Of a stretch of 37,831 nt of DNA, positions 9,814 through 17,510 are shown one piece after another. The stretch's first letter is position 1. Each line of letters opens with the position of its first letter. The DNA lies in IMG/VR virus record IMGVR_UViG_3300007734_000656, positions 1 to 37,831 of that record, one strand, 5' to 3'. The stretch comes from a virus (taxonomy: Duplodnaviria; Caudoviricetes). The notes beneath the pieces are model-generated. The model worked only from the letters and a program-made list of their open reading frames with translations, was not told the origin of the DNA and searched no databases. A program made the translations under genes and the position numbers.

Positions 9814-9996
9814 CTATACATCGGCCCTTTCAACGGCTTGAATCGCCCCTGTTAGTGAAAGGTAAAAGGTCAGCCGCCCGTTAACGGTGACGAGCCGCCA
9901 CTGTTTCCGTGGTCGGCTATAGTTCACCCAAGCGTAGACGGCCCCGTGTTTGGTGACCGTGTATACCCCGTCGGCTTCGCGATGATAGGTAACCAT
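9814..9996 (-). CDS. Hypothetical protein
   Basis: 60-aa ORF, GGAG RBS, co-oriented with neighbours. Confidence 0.55.
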   Translation of the reverse strand: MVTYHREADGVYTVTKHGAVYAWVNYSRPRKQWRLVTVNGRLTFYLSLTGAIQAVERADV

Positions 9997-10133
9997 CTTA
10001 CCACTCCGTTACCCAAGTAATCAGCATGGCGGCCCCTATGATGAATACCCACGGCGCATACGTGATGTAGATAACCCAAATGTCAGCTATTAGGTCCATT
10101 GCTTTGCCCTTTCTGTGGCTTGCCAATACACAC

Positions 10134-10161
10134 ACTGTATTGCCCGATAGTTAATGGACAA
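10134..10161 (-). promoter_or_regulatory. Sigma70-like promoter TTGTCC-N16-TACAGT
   Basis: Intergenic, followed by AGAAAGGG RBS and a short hydrophobic ORF (9998-10099). Confidence 0.5.
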
Positions 10162-10165
10162 CCGC

Positions 10166-10768
10166 TTATTTATCCTGCCGCGCGAGTTGCACGCACGATA
10201 CAGATGGGTAGTAGAGTACGGGTTTCAACTGGAGTGCGGCAAGGCTTTCGTGGTCGCAGGGCAATGGGCTCATGCTATACTTGTTTGCTCTGGGGTTGCG
10301 TGGGCGACCGTTGTACTCTGGCTTGCGGACGTATTTGTACTTGTTCGCCACGAGTAGCGTTTTCCAAGGCAAAGTGGCGAGCTCCTGTGCGAAGGGTTTG
10401 ATTTCTTCGTCGGACCAGTGCATCAGCACGTCTTTTAACAAAACAACATCAAAAGGTCCATGGGCCATGAACACTTGCCCGATAACCCCCTGCGCTGAAA
10501 AATCTGCCGCAATGAACTGTACTCCATTGGGCACGGCGAATAGCCCACTCACCACGTCTACGGCTACGTATTCAGCGGCTTCTGCATACAACTCTGTGCC
10601 GATTCTAAAATCGCCGCACCCGAGGTCGAGTACCTTTTTCCCTTTTATCAGGGGTTTGACGTAATCGATGTACTTACGGCTATACGTCACCGCCGACCCA
10701 ATACCCGAGCCACCGTCTTCCCAACGATTGTTTTTGTAAATGTCAATGAAGACGTTACCATTACTCAC
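10166..10768 (-). CDS. Class I SAM-dependent methyltransferase
   Basis: FIDIYKNNRW..GSGIGS N-terminus, motif I VLDLGCGD, YVAVDV, FDVVLLKDVLMH; GGAGG RBS before GTG. Confidence 0.85.
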   Translation of the reverse strand: MSNGNVFIDIYKNNRWEDGGSGIGSAVTYSRKYIDYVKPLIKGKKVLDLGCGDFRIGTELYAEAAEYVAVDVVSGLFAVPNGVQFIAADFSAQGVIGQVFMAHGPFDVVLLKDVLMHWSDEEIKPFAQELATLPWKTLLVANKYKYVRKPEYNGRPRNPRANKYSMSPLPCDHESLAALQLKPVLYYPSVSCVQLARQDK

Positions 10769-10874
10769 GCGTACCTCCTGTTAAAATAAAGCCCCTCAGA
10801 GGCCATTGTCCATGGGCCTTGGCTACCCTACCCGCCACCACAAACAAAAGCCTCTGAGCACCTCTGAACTAATC

Positions 10875-11282
10875 CTACCACCAACTGCTATAGAACACTA
10901 CGTGCCCGTGGCTAAGCTCCTCACGTGCGCGTTGCAGAAACCGCTTATCGTCTTCTATGCTTTCGGCGTTGGGGGGATTGTTACCAAAGAAAAACCCCTT
11001 GGTCGGTGGCAACTTATCCTTTAGCAAATCATCCTCTAGGCGTTTTAGGTCTTCTTCGGTTAAGCGTACATAGTTGCAGTTGAAGTTAGGATCTTTCCCG
11101 CCCTTTTCCCTGTACAACTTTTCCATCCATCCGTGGAGGTCGTGGTGTTTACGCCAATACCAGATTTCCTGCATACCGCCTTCCTCATGCCATAACTCCA
11201 TCTGCTCTTCGGTGGGGTCTACCTGCACATCGGCGGGAATGTCAGCGTTCAGTACTGACCATGCGTACATATCTAAACCCAT
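10875..11282 (-). CDS. Conserved phage hypothetical protein (MGLDMY...YWRK family)
   Basis: MGLDMY, YWRKHHDLHGWM, FNC, GFFFG, YSSWW motifs of a common early phage protein. Confidence 0.75.
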   Translation of the reverse strand: MGLDMYAWSVLNADIPADVQVDPTEEQMELWHEEGGMQEIWYWRKHHDLHGWMEKLYREKGGKDPNFNCNYVRLTEEDLKRLEDDLLKDKLPPTKGFFFGNNPPNAESIEDDKRFLQRAREELSHGHVVFYSSWW

Positions 11283-11759
11283 TTATGCCTCCTGTGGTTG
11301 GCGGATATAAGCCTGATGCGCCGCACGCAAAGCCGTTTCATTAAGGCCGAAGCGGTGCGCAACATCTAGCATGGTTGCAAGGAAACTATGGTCATTGACG
11401 CCTAAGCTATGCTCCATTTTATAGTCGTGGGTTTCTTGCAGAGCTGTAAGCAGGTCTTCATGGTCGGCTAAAAACTGGTAAAGCTCTTGCTCAGCCTCGG
11501 TGGGAACATCGGTGCTTTTACTCAAATCGCTAAGCAGTCCGTGGACACTATGGCCTTCCATGCTTTCGGTATAGAGCCAATCAGGTATCAGCGCACCGAC
11601 GGCGCATTTAAGCACGACCTCTTGGTTGTTGATGTTTGCGATAGCGCGATACGCGCAACCATCATTACTGCGGCTTTGCATCCCCTGTTTGAACAAATGG
11701 ATAGCAACCGTATCAAAGACTTCTTGCTGTGTTTGTGGATAATTGGACATATGGCGCAC
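11283..11759 (-). CDS. Conserved phage hypothetical protein
   Basis: QEVFDTV..HL..Q, CAYR, KCAVGALIPD, LQETHD motifs; AGAAAGGAG RBS. Confidence 0.7.
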   Translation of the reverse strand: MRHMSNYPQTQQEVFDTVAIHLFKQGMQSRSNDGCAYRAIANINNQEVVLKCAVGALIPDWLYTESMEGHSVHGLLSDLSKSTDVPTEAEQELYQFLADHEDLLTALQETHDYKMEHSLGVNDHSFLATMLDVAHRFGLNETALRAAHQAYIRQPQEA

Positions 11760-11785
11760 TCCTTTCTGCTAGTAGCCATAATTTA

Positions 11786-11813
11786 ACAGTAAAGCATGAT
11801 AAGCGGATAGCAA
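11786..11813 (-). promoter_or_regulatory. Sigma70-like promoter TTGCTA-N16-TACTGT
   Basis: Intergenic, followed by AGAAAGGAG RBS. Confidence 0.5.
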
Positions 11814-12107
11814 CTATGCGCTAGCCAACCCAAAGAACACATACTTATCCTCGGCCTCAATACATCCCGCCGGACCCCATTTATCGCGTATGGCGGGGTG
11901 GTCCTCATCCAAGTAGTGCCAAGCACTCTCTTCAGCAGTTTTACCTTCCACCACTGGTAATATCTTAAAATCGACTTTTTCGGCTATTGAACCTGTATAG
12001 CCTCGGTGCCCGTAATCGTACAAAGCTCCGGCACGGGCATCACTAAACGCCTCACTGGCGGTTTGGCCTGTTTTTTTACGCGATACTACAAACTCTTGCG
12101 CTCCCAT
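11814..12107 (-). CDS. Conserved phage hypothetical protein
   Basis: MGAQEF...YDYGHRGYTGSIAEK...DKWGPAGCI; AGAAAGGG RBS. Confidence 0.7.
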   Translation of the reverse strand: MGAQEFVVSRKKTGQTASEAFSDARAGALYDYGHRGYTGSIAEKVDFKILPVVEGKTAEESAWHYLDEDHPAIRDKWGPAGCIEAEDKYVFFGLASA

Positions 12108-12177
12108 AGTTCAACCCTTTCTCTTTGGTTACTACACAACAACAATAATGTAAGACCTGCTGAAAACAAACGCTACT

Positions 12178-12390
12178 TTACGCTTCCTTCTGCTTGCGCG
12201 TTTGCAATAAACTTTTCATGTGTAACAAAAACTCAATCGTTTCGTCGATATCCTCTACGCCGTATGACCATGTGAAATTGAAGTCGCCACGTAGGCAAAG
12301 TTCAAGGTCATTGGGCATAAAACGAGCGTGCATTTCACAACCATTTGTGGTCAGCAAACTGGCTCGTAAGTGGTGTATTTCAATGGGCAT
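12178..12390 (-). CDS. Hypothetical protein
   Basis: 70 aa, GGAGG RBS, overlaps the upstream gene. Confidence 0.55.
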   Translation of the reverse strand: MPIEIHHLRASLLTTNGCEMHARFMPNDLELCLRGDFNFTWSYGVEDIDETIEFLLHMKSLLQTRKQKEA

Positions 12391-12709
12391 TGGTTAGTCC
12401 TCCGTGATTTTCAAGTATTTGTACGATAACGTCTTTTGGCACATATCTGTATACGGGGTAGTCACCGTATTCAGCCAACAGCGGCTCCTGTAAAGCATCA
12501 CCTTTGGCATCCTGTGGAAAGCCAACTTCGTAGTGAGTATAAGGGCCAGTGTTGTTCTTTGGTGAGCAGTAATGCACTCGGCTAGCCTGTATGCTGAACG
12601 TACTACCATCCGTGCAGTGCATCGGTGGGCGTAGCGTCAAACCGCCGAAAGGAAGTTCTCTAATTTGCAATTTTGCAAATTGTTCATCAAACTGCTCACC
12701 AAAGTCCAT
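12380..12709 (-). CDS. Conserved phage hypothetical protein
   Basis: CTDGSTFSIQASRVHYCSP...YEVGFP...YVP...HGG pattern. Confidence 0.7.
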   Translation of the reverse strand: MDFGEQFDEQFAKLQIRELPFGGLTLRPPMHCTDGSTFSIQASRVHYCSPKNNTGPYTHYEVGFPQDAKGDALQEPLLAEYGDYPVYRYVPKDVIVQILENHGGLTNAH

Positions 12710-12714
12710 GTTAC

Positions 12715-12954
12715 TTAATCCTTGCTAGGGTCACCTTTGAATACCAACACCAGATCTTCACCTTCGGTGCTTTTTTCATATTTGCCTGTTTTAACCTTTT
12801 CCCATAGATGGGTAGGTATTCCAAGAGCGTCGAGAAAGTCATTTATTTTAGGCTCCTGCTTGTCAATGCGGATGGCATTTTCCACCCATGCAAAAAATCC
12901 TGGAACGTAGATAAAAGGTTGGCTACGTATCATCAATGTGTACTCAGTCATCAT
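12715..12954 (-). CDS. Hypothetical protein
   Basis: Start refined to ATG 12954 (GAGGAGG RBS); 79 aa. Confidence 0.55.
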   Translation of the reverse strand: MMTEYTLMIRSQPFIYVPGFFAWVENAIRIDKQEPKINDFLDALGIPTHLWEKVKTGKYEKSTEGEDLVLVFKGDPSKD

Positions 12955-13189
12955 ATGCCTCCTCATTAACGCTTGCGAACAACGCAGGCATACCATCCTC
13001 ACGCAAAATTTCGTTGATGCTATCGGCGTAATCTTGCCAATCAGGCTCTTTGCCACCTAAGTGATACTTATGCACGTCCTGCTTTAGGCAGAACAACACT
13101 TCGCGTATTTCTTCCTGAAACCAATCAGTCATATCGGCCATGTGGGCCTTGAGTACGCGGTAATGAATAACAAACTCTTGTTCGGTCAT
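12944..13189 (-). CDS. Hypothetical acidic protein
   Basis: 81 aa; AGAAAGGAG RBS; promoter upstream. Confidence 0.6.
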   Translation of the reverse strand: MTEQEFVIHYRVLKAHMADMTDWFQEEIREVLFCLKQDVHKYHLGGKEPDWQDYADSINEILREDGMPALFASVNEEAYDD

Positions 13190-13223
13190 GGCTTAACTCC
13201 TTTCTACAAGTTGCCATACACCT

Positions 13224-13251
13224 ACCCTAATGCCAGAAGCATAAATGACAA
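13224..13251 (-). promoter_or_regulatory. Sigma70-like promoter TTGTCA-N16-TAGGGT
   Basis: Same spacing as other copies; followed by AGAAAGGAG RBS. Confidence 0.45.
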
Positions 13252-13344
13252 CTGGCTAGTTTCGTTGCAGTAGAATCAGTACCCATAAGAATGCCGTGAA
13301 AATCGCCAAATGCACGAGCCCCATAACTATAAAAGCGTAGAGCA

Positions 13345-13599
13345 TTAGGCTTCCTTTTCATCGTTTAGAAGATAAACGTGAGGCTTATTGCCCCTCAGCG
13401 TTAGTTGCTGAATCGCGTAAGGTTTGGCAATATCCATAACCTCTTGACGGCGGTCACGGTCACCAATAAGATAAACGATTTCAACCATTGCCTCACGCAA
13501 CCGCTCAATCTCGTCGGCGGCTTCATTTCCAATATCATAGCAACAACCAATATCCGATATGCAGGGAAGTTCTTTGCGCAACCGCTCAACAATATCCAT
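13345..13599 (-). CDS. Hypothetical protein (DIVERLR / AADEIERLR family)
   Basis: MDIVERLR...EAADEIERLRE; AAGGAG RBS, TGATG coupling. Confidence 0.65.
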   Translation of the reverse strand: MDIVERLRKELPCISDIGCCYDIGNEAADEIERLREAMVEIVYLIGDRDRRQEVMDIAKPYAIQQLTLRGNKPHVYLLNDEKEA

Positions 13600-13762
13600 C
13601 ACTCTTTCTCCTTCAGCGCGGCACGGGCTTGAAATGCTCTTGCACATTGCGGCGGCATGGATGTTAATGAAACGCATACATCGCCTTCACCAATTTTCCG
13701 TAACGCCTCCCGCAACCGATTGCGTTCTTCCCGCAACCGCTCAATCTCGTCGGCGGCTTCAT
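13496..13762. repeat. Exact 31-bp direct repeat (13496-13526 and 13732-13762)
   Basis: CGCAACCGCTCAATCTCGTCGGCGGCTTCAT twice, encoding EAADEIERLR in adjacent paralogues. Confidence 0.9.
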
Positions 13763-13823
13763 CACAACGATACATGTTGTGTTCGCTAGCGGCATATCGT
13801 AACCAATCAACAATGTCAGTCAT
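13599..13823 (-). CDS. Hypothetical protein (DIVERLR-family paralogue)
   Basis: MTDIVDWLR...EAADEIERLRE...ARAALKEKE; AAGGAG RBS. Confidence 0.65.
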   Translation of the reverse strand: MTDIVDWLRYAASEHNMYRCDEAADEIERLREERNRLREALRKIGEGDVCVSLTSMPPQCARAFQARAALKEKE

Positions 13824-13987
13824 CACTCTTTCTCCTTGTCCCAACTGAACCTTGGTAAACTGACCTTGGGCCGTTGTCCTTTGGTAGCCATCATACTTAC
13901 ACTGATCCTGTGATGGCGTGCCAATTCACGCGCTTTTTCTTCTTTGGTTTTTAACTCACGGTCGGTTAGGTCACGTTTCTTTTTCAT
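13823..13987 (-). CDS. Small basic hypothetical protein (54 aa, not in ORF track)
   Basis: MKKKRDLTDRELK...PKVSLPRFSWDKEKE; ends in the same AAGGAGAAAGAGTGATG junction as the next gene. Confidence 0.5.
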   Translation of the reverse strand: MKKKRDLTDRELKTKEEKARELARHHRISVSMMATKGQRPKVSLPRFSWDKEKE

Positions 13988-14061
13988 GTTGCCTTCTTAC
14001 TAAAAAATGTTAAGCTCAAGTGGCACGACATATTACGTCCTACATGAGTGGTCCTCCCCTA

Positions 14062-14349
14062 CTAAACCTCCGGCGCTTGGCTCCTTGCCGGAGGTTTTTT
14101 ATTGGGTAGTATTTCCAAATCCTCACTGTCGAACATTCGCAGCTTCCCTGTTATGAGCATACGCACATATAGTTTGCGGGTGCTCACGCGTTCTACAACG
14201 CCTAATAGATTCTCGTACGGCACTTTTGGATTGCGGCGGCGTACCACTACCTTAGTGCCAACTCCAAAAATTCTGACGCTTTCAAACGGTTGGAAAAAAT
14301 TGCTTAAAGGCTCATCAACAACCGATACTTCAGTAAGTACTTTGTTCAT
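14062..14349 (-). CDS. Hypothetical protein, possible SH3/KOW-like barrel
   Basis: GVGTKVVV...LLGVVERV...YVRM...FDSEDLE beta-strand pattern. Confidence 0.55.
   Translation of the reverse strand: MNKVLTEVSVVDEPLSNFFQPFESVRIFGVGTKVVVRRRNPKVPYENLLGVVERVSTRKLYVRMLITGKLRMFDSEDLEILPNKKPPARSQAPEV
14064..14100. terminator. Hairpin, possible bidirectional terminator
   Basis: 11-bp stem AAACCTCCGGC / GCCGGAGGTTT with 12-nt loop and T-run; overlaps the 3' end of the 14062-14349 ORF. Confidence 0.45.
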
Positions 14350-14351
14350 GG

Positions 14352-14612
14352 TCAGTAAGCCTCCAGCTTGAATTTGTTGTTGGTGAAGTAATGGTAAATG
14401 GAACTATCCACCGTTTGGTCAATGGTTCTATCTACCTCATCCACGCGTTGCTCAATTTGCAACAACCTGTCCACTATAGTGGTATCCACGTTTAGGGGCA
14501 TCATAATGTTTTCAAGGGTACGAATACGTTGTTCAAGGGCAGTGATATACCCCGCAATGAACTCCATACTACGCCCTGCATCTTTGGCGGACTCTAACAG
14601 CATATTACTCAT
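14352..14612 (-). CDS. Hypothetical coiled-coil protein
   Basis: 86 aa, AGGAG RBS. Confidence 0.6.
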   Translation of the reverse strand: MSNMLLESAKDAGRSMEFIAGYITALEQRIRTLENIMMPLNVDTTIVDRLLQIEQRVDEVDRTIDQTVDSSIYHYFTNNKFKLEAY

Positions 14613-14653
14613 GGCACTTTCTCCTGCCTTTGGTTAGTCACTAAGGAAGTAAA

Positions 14654-14872
14654 CTAAAACGATAAATAACGCGACTGCAAACATAAGCATGTGTGCGTGT
14701 ACCCATCACGTTCAATGGCAAGGAACATTCCTGCCCAATTAACTACGATGGCATTGTCCATGCCGATGGTACCCATCACACTTTTGCGAAACTGTTTGTA
14801 GTTGGTATATCGCGCCTGCTTATCGTACACGCGCTTGAGCGCTTGGCGCTGTTGCTTTGTCAACTTGATCAT
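14654..14872 (-). CDS. Hypothetical protein
   Basis: LTKQQRQALKRVY...WAGMFLAIERDGYTH; AGAAAGGAG RBS. Confidence 0.6.
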   Translation of the reverse strand: MIKLTKQQRQALKRVYDKQARYTNYKQFRKSVMGTIGMDNAIVVNWAGMFLAIERDGYTHTCLCLQSRYLSF

Positions 14873-14903
14873 TGGTGCTCCTTTCTTTGAGCATTACAGT
14901 ACT

Positions 14904-14931
14904 ATTGTAAGGCACGAGACCCCCTAGACAA
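14904..14931 (-). promoter_or_regulatory. Sigma70-like promoter TTGTCT-N16-TACAAT
   Basis: Near-consensus hexamers in an intergenic gap, followed by AGAAAGGAG. Confidence 0.65.
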
Positions 14932-14934
14932 GCC

Positions 14935-15138
14935 TTACTTTTCCACGTGGTTTTTCAATTCTGCTTTGGTGGCGACAATAAAGTCAACCATACAATCGCC
15001 GCACACGGGGTTTTCATAAGTGGGACTTGTTGTAAAGGTCAGCCCGAAATTGCCACAACGTGCGCACTCATCAGGGAATAGCGCATTTATCACAGGTTTA
15101 CCCTGTGTATCTTCGGTTTTGGAGGTCGGCCCAGTCAT
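14935..15138 (-). CDS. Small Zn-finger-like protein
   Basis: CARC...CGDC; AGGAG RBS before ATG 15138. Confidence 0.5.
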   Translation of the reverse strand: MTGPTSKTEDTQGKPVINALFPDECARCGNFGLTFTTSPTYENPVCGDCMVDFIVATKAELKNHVEK

Positions 15139-15304
15139 TTTGCTCTCCTGTTTGCATAATAATTTCGGCACGCAGTTCTTTATTCTCTTTCCATAACACT
15201 ACGTTTGCATCGGCTAAATTGGTAACTTGACGTTCCAACTCGGCTACGCGCTTACGCAACTCAATTACATGGTCCAAGGTTATAGAATCTGCGTGCCTGC
15301 TCAT
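15098..15304 (-). CDS. Hypothetical coiled-coil protein
   Basis: Heptad pattern VIELRKRVAELERQVTNL. Confidence 0.5.
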   Translation of the reverse strand: MSRHADSITLDHVIELRKRVAELERQVTNLADANVVLWKENKELRAEIIMQTGEQNDWADLQNRRYTG

Positions 15305-15406
15305 TTTACTACTCAAAAGTTTTGTATGCTCCAATGAACACCAAAACAAACATAGTCACTAACGCCGCCATGACAACCACAAGCGCGGCGAGTGCTTCTA
15401 AAGCCG

Positions 15407-15598
15407 TCAAAGCTCAATACTCACGTTGATGTAATGGCCCAATGGATTACGGGCTTTAGAAACAACTTCCCGTGTTCCCATTTTCATCACCACGCGCTTG
15501 TTTTCGCGCAGGGCTTTACCAACGTGCTTCATCACACGGCGATAAGCAGGGCTACCAACATCCACAAATTCATATTTCACTTTTTTGACTTTGCTCAT
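15407..15598 (-). CDS. Small basic hypothetical protein
   Basis: 63 aa, ATGA overlap with the upstream gene. Confidence 0.5.
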   Translation of the reverse strand: MSKVKKVKYEFVDVGSPAYRRVMKHVGKALRENKRVVMKMGTREVVSKARNPLGHYINVSIEL

Positions 15599-15966
15599 GC
15601 CTTGTTAACTCCAAGTTGGTCAGCCATTTTAACGGCAACATCTTGCAAGTTAAAGTCTGCTTGTGGCATTCCCGCGCTTGAAAGGCGCACGTTCGTTGGT
15701 CCATTGGTCGCAAACGAAGCCGCATAGCTGATGTCCTTAACCAAATTGGCCCAATCAGCTTCAGTTGTTTGTCCAAACTGTTTGCACGAAATTAGCGCCA
15801 TCTGCATACTGCTCATCACAATTGAAACCGTATAAGGTGTAATGGTCTCGTCGCACATTGCAGATGCAATAACGGCAGTTTTCACAAAAAGTTCTGTACC
15901 ACCTGCACGGTCAACATTTGTGATGGTAGTATTGGCTTGTTTCAGTAAGTTTTCACGAGTAGTCAT
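15595..15966 (-). CDS. Hypothetical protein, weakly DUF6378-like
   Basis: TRENLLKQANTTIT..DR...F...A...ITPYTV...DISYAA resembles the DUF6378 pattern but lacks its usual YG; AGGAG RBS. Confidence 0.5.
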   Translation of the reverse strand: MTTRENLLKQANTTITNVDRAGGTELFVKTAVIASAMCDETITPYTVSIVMSSMQMALISCKQFGQTTEADWANLVKDISYAASFATNGPTNVRLSSAGMPQADFNLQDVAVKMADQLGVNKA

Positions 15967-15980
15967 AGTTCTTTCTCCTA

Positions 15981-16475
15981 CTATGTTGGTTTCACGTAAC
16001 GATGGGTAATATAGTCACTGCGTTTGGTAATATCAACCATGAGTTCAAATTCGTACTCATCGCCTTCGTAGATACTACCCATGTGCTCAGTAATTTTCTT
16101 CACACACAAAGGTGTAATGAACACTGAACTTTTCCCCGTGATGCCGAAAGCAACAAAATTGCCCGACCCTCCGAGAAAAACCCTATCCACACGCACAGCC
16201 TTCTTTTCCGTTTTAGGGGGGTCAAAAGGTTTGGCGTATAGCTCTTGCTTTTTAGCAGGTGGAGCTTGTGGCTCTTCATTACCGTAGAGGTAGTAGCGCA
16301 ACGCTTCAATACTTTCGTAACTTGGAGCATGTATGCCATCCAGCCAATTATAAATAGCACTATCGCTTATTCCTAATTGGTCGGCTAACTCTAATACGCC
16401 TCCTGCTTTGCGGTAAGCATCCACTAACAGGAATATTGGTTTACGCTCAAAAGGTATTTTTTGTTTTCGTATCAT
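15981..16475 (-). CDS. Cro/CI-type HTH DNA-binding protein
   Basis: GGVLELADQLGISDSAIYNWLDGIHAPS HTH at the N-terminus. Confidence 0.75.
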   Translation of the reverse strand: MIRKQKIPFERKPIFLLVDAYRKAGGVLELADQLGISDSAIYNWLDGIHAPSYESIEALRYYLYGNEEPQAPPAKKQELYAKPFDPPKTEKKAVRVDRVFLGGSGNFVAFGITGKSSVFITPLCVKKITEHMGSIYEGDEYEFELMVDITKRSDYITHRYVKPT

Positions 16476-16486
16476 AATATGCCTTT

Positions 16487-16948
16487 CTATTGCATGAAGG
16501 GCGGTGGTTCACGTTTCGTGTACACAGCCAACTGGTATTTTGCACCGCGATAATATTGTTGATAAGCTATTTGTGTATCGTGGTGCTTGTATTCGTCAGG
16601 CATGGCCTGCGCGAATTTTGTGTAACCTCGTGCCGTGAGTGTAGGTGGAGCGCAACGCACTATCGCCAACACTTGCTCGCAGGCATGGGTTTTATTGTAT
16701 CGGTGGGTATACTCCTCGCATAGGGCAATGCCCAAGCGCCAGAGCCACTTATAGTTTTCAATCGTTTGCCCTGCCCATATAGTACAAGGGTGATTAGCAT
16801 GAGCAGGCTTATAAGGCGCATCAAAGCCGTAATGGTGATGCACTGTACAAAGCATCTGAGCGGTTTCTAACGGCATTTTCACAACGTGCTTATCGCAATG
16901 CCATTGCGCCGCAATTATAGGATCAGTGTGTAAGGCGAATATGTTCAC
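16487..16948 (-). CDS. Pyrimidine-dimer DNA glycosylase / endonuclease V (DenV)-like protein
   Basis: MNIF...CDKHVVKMPLETAQML...HANHPCTIW...NYKWL...EYTHRY..H...QAMPD. Confidence 0.75.
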   Translation of the reverse strand: MNIFALHTDPIIAAQWHCDKHVVKMPLETAQMLCTVHHHYGFDAPYKPAHANHPCTIWAGQTIENYKWLWRLGIALCEEYTHRYNKTHACEQVLAIVRCAPPTLTARGYTKFAQAMPDEYKHHDTQIAYQQYYRGAKYQLAVYTKREPPPFMQ

Positions 16949-16975
16949 GTGTTGTTCCTTTCTATGAACACTTTA

Positions 16976-16984
16976 ATTATAACA
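16976..16984 (-). promoter_or_regulatory. Extended -10 promoter TGTTATAAT
   Basis: TGnTATAAT upstream of the AGAAAGGA RBS of the DenV-like gene. Confidence 0.55.
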
Positions 16985-16985
16985 C

Positions 16986-17510
16986 CTACATGGCAGAATG
17001 ACTAAGCCTAGTTAGTGCATAGTTGAACATCGGGAAGGCTTCGTTAAACTCGGGGGTATTTCCATATTTCACTTGCAAGTATTCTTTTCCGTTATTCAGT
17101 ACTTCTTTAAAGTGCATGTTTCCTATCTTTATTTGTTCGCCTGCGTAAAGCATCAGCTCTAACAAATCGGCAATTTTCAACTGGCGCTTCTCTCTCAGGG
17201 ATAGCGCAAATTCCAGTTCTAATTCTTCTTCCGCTTCTTTTTCTACCTTTTCGATTGCGGCGGCAAAATCGGCGTACTTCCACTTTACTGTTGCAGGGGT
17301 ATCACCAATCAATACTTCGGCAACGTCATGATACAAGCTAGCGAGTAATACTTGCTTACTGGCATCGGGCCATATTTCATTGATTAGTGTTGCAACGCCC
17401 CAAGAATGCGCACTCACGGTTTGGCTATCCCCTACAGTAGGTACCGTATGATAACGTTTAATGTATCCGGCCCTGCGTAAATGCCAAATTCTATTCAGCT
17501 GCGTAATCAT
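16986..17510 (-). CDS. HD-domain deoxynucleotide phosphohydrolase (YfbR/DatZ-like)
   Basis: KRYHT...QTVSAHS...LYHDVAE..GD....K...KIADLLE. Confidence 0.85.
   Translation of the reverse strand: MITQLNRIWHLRRAGYIKRYHTVPTVGDSQTVSAHSWGVATLINEIWPDASKQVLLASLYHDVAEVLIGDTPATVKWKYADFAAAIEKVEKEAEEELELEFALSLREKRQLKIADLLELMLYAGEQIKIGNMHFKEVLNNGKEYLQVKYGNTPEFNEAFPMFNYALTRLSHSAM

Noticed and set aside
10795-10858. 9-bp inverted repeat CTCAGAGGC / GCCTCTGAG as a terminator or ncRNA
   Set aside because: Arms are ~46 nt apart with no adjacent U-tract; too weak to call
10875-11282. 'Phosphoglycerate kinase' label sometimes carried by this family
   Set aside because: 135 aa with no PGK motifs; far too short
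13496-13762. Diversity-generating retroelement or att sites
   Set aside because: Repeats are short, exact and in-frame in paralogues; no reverse transcriptase or integrase seen
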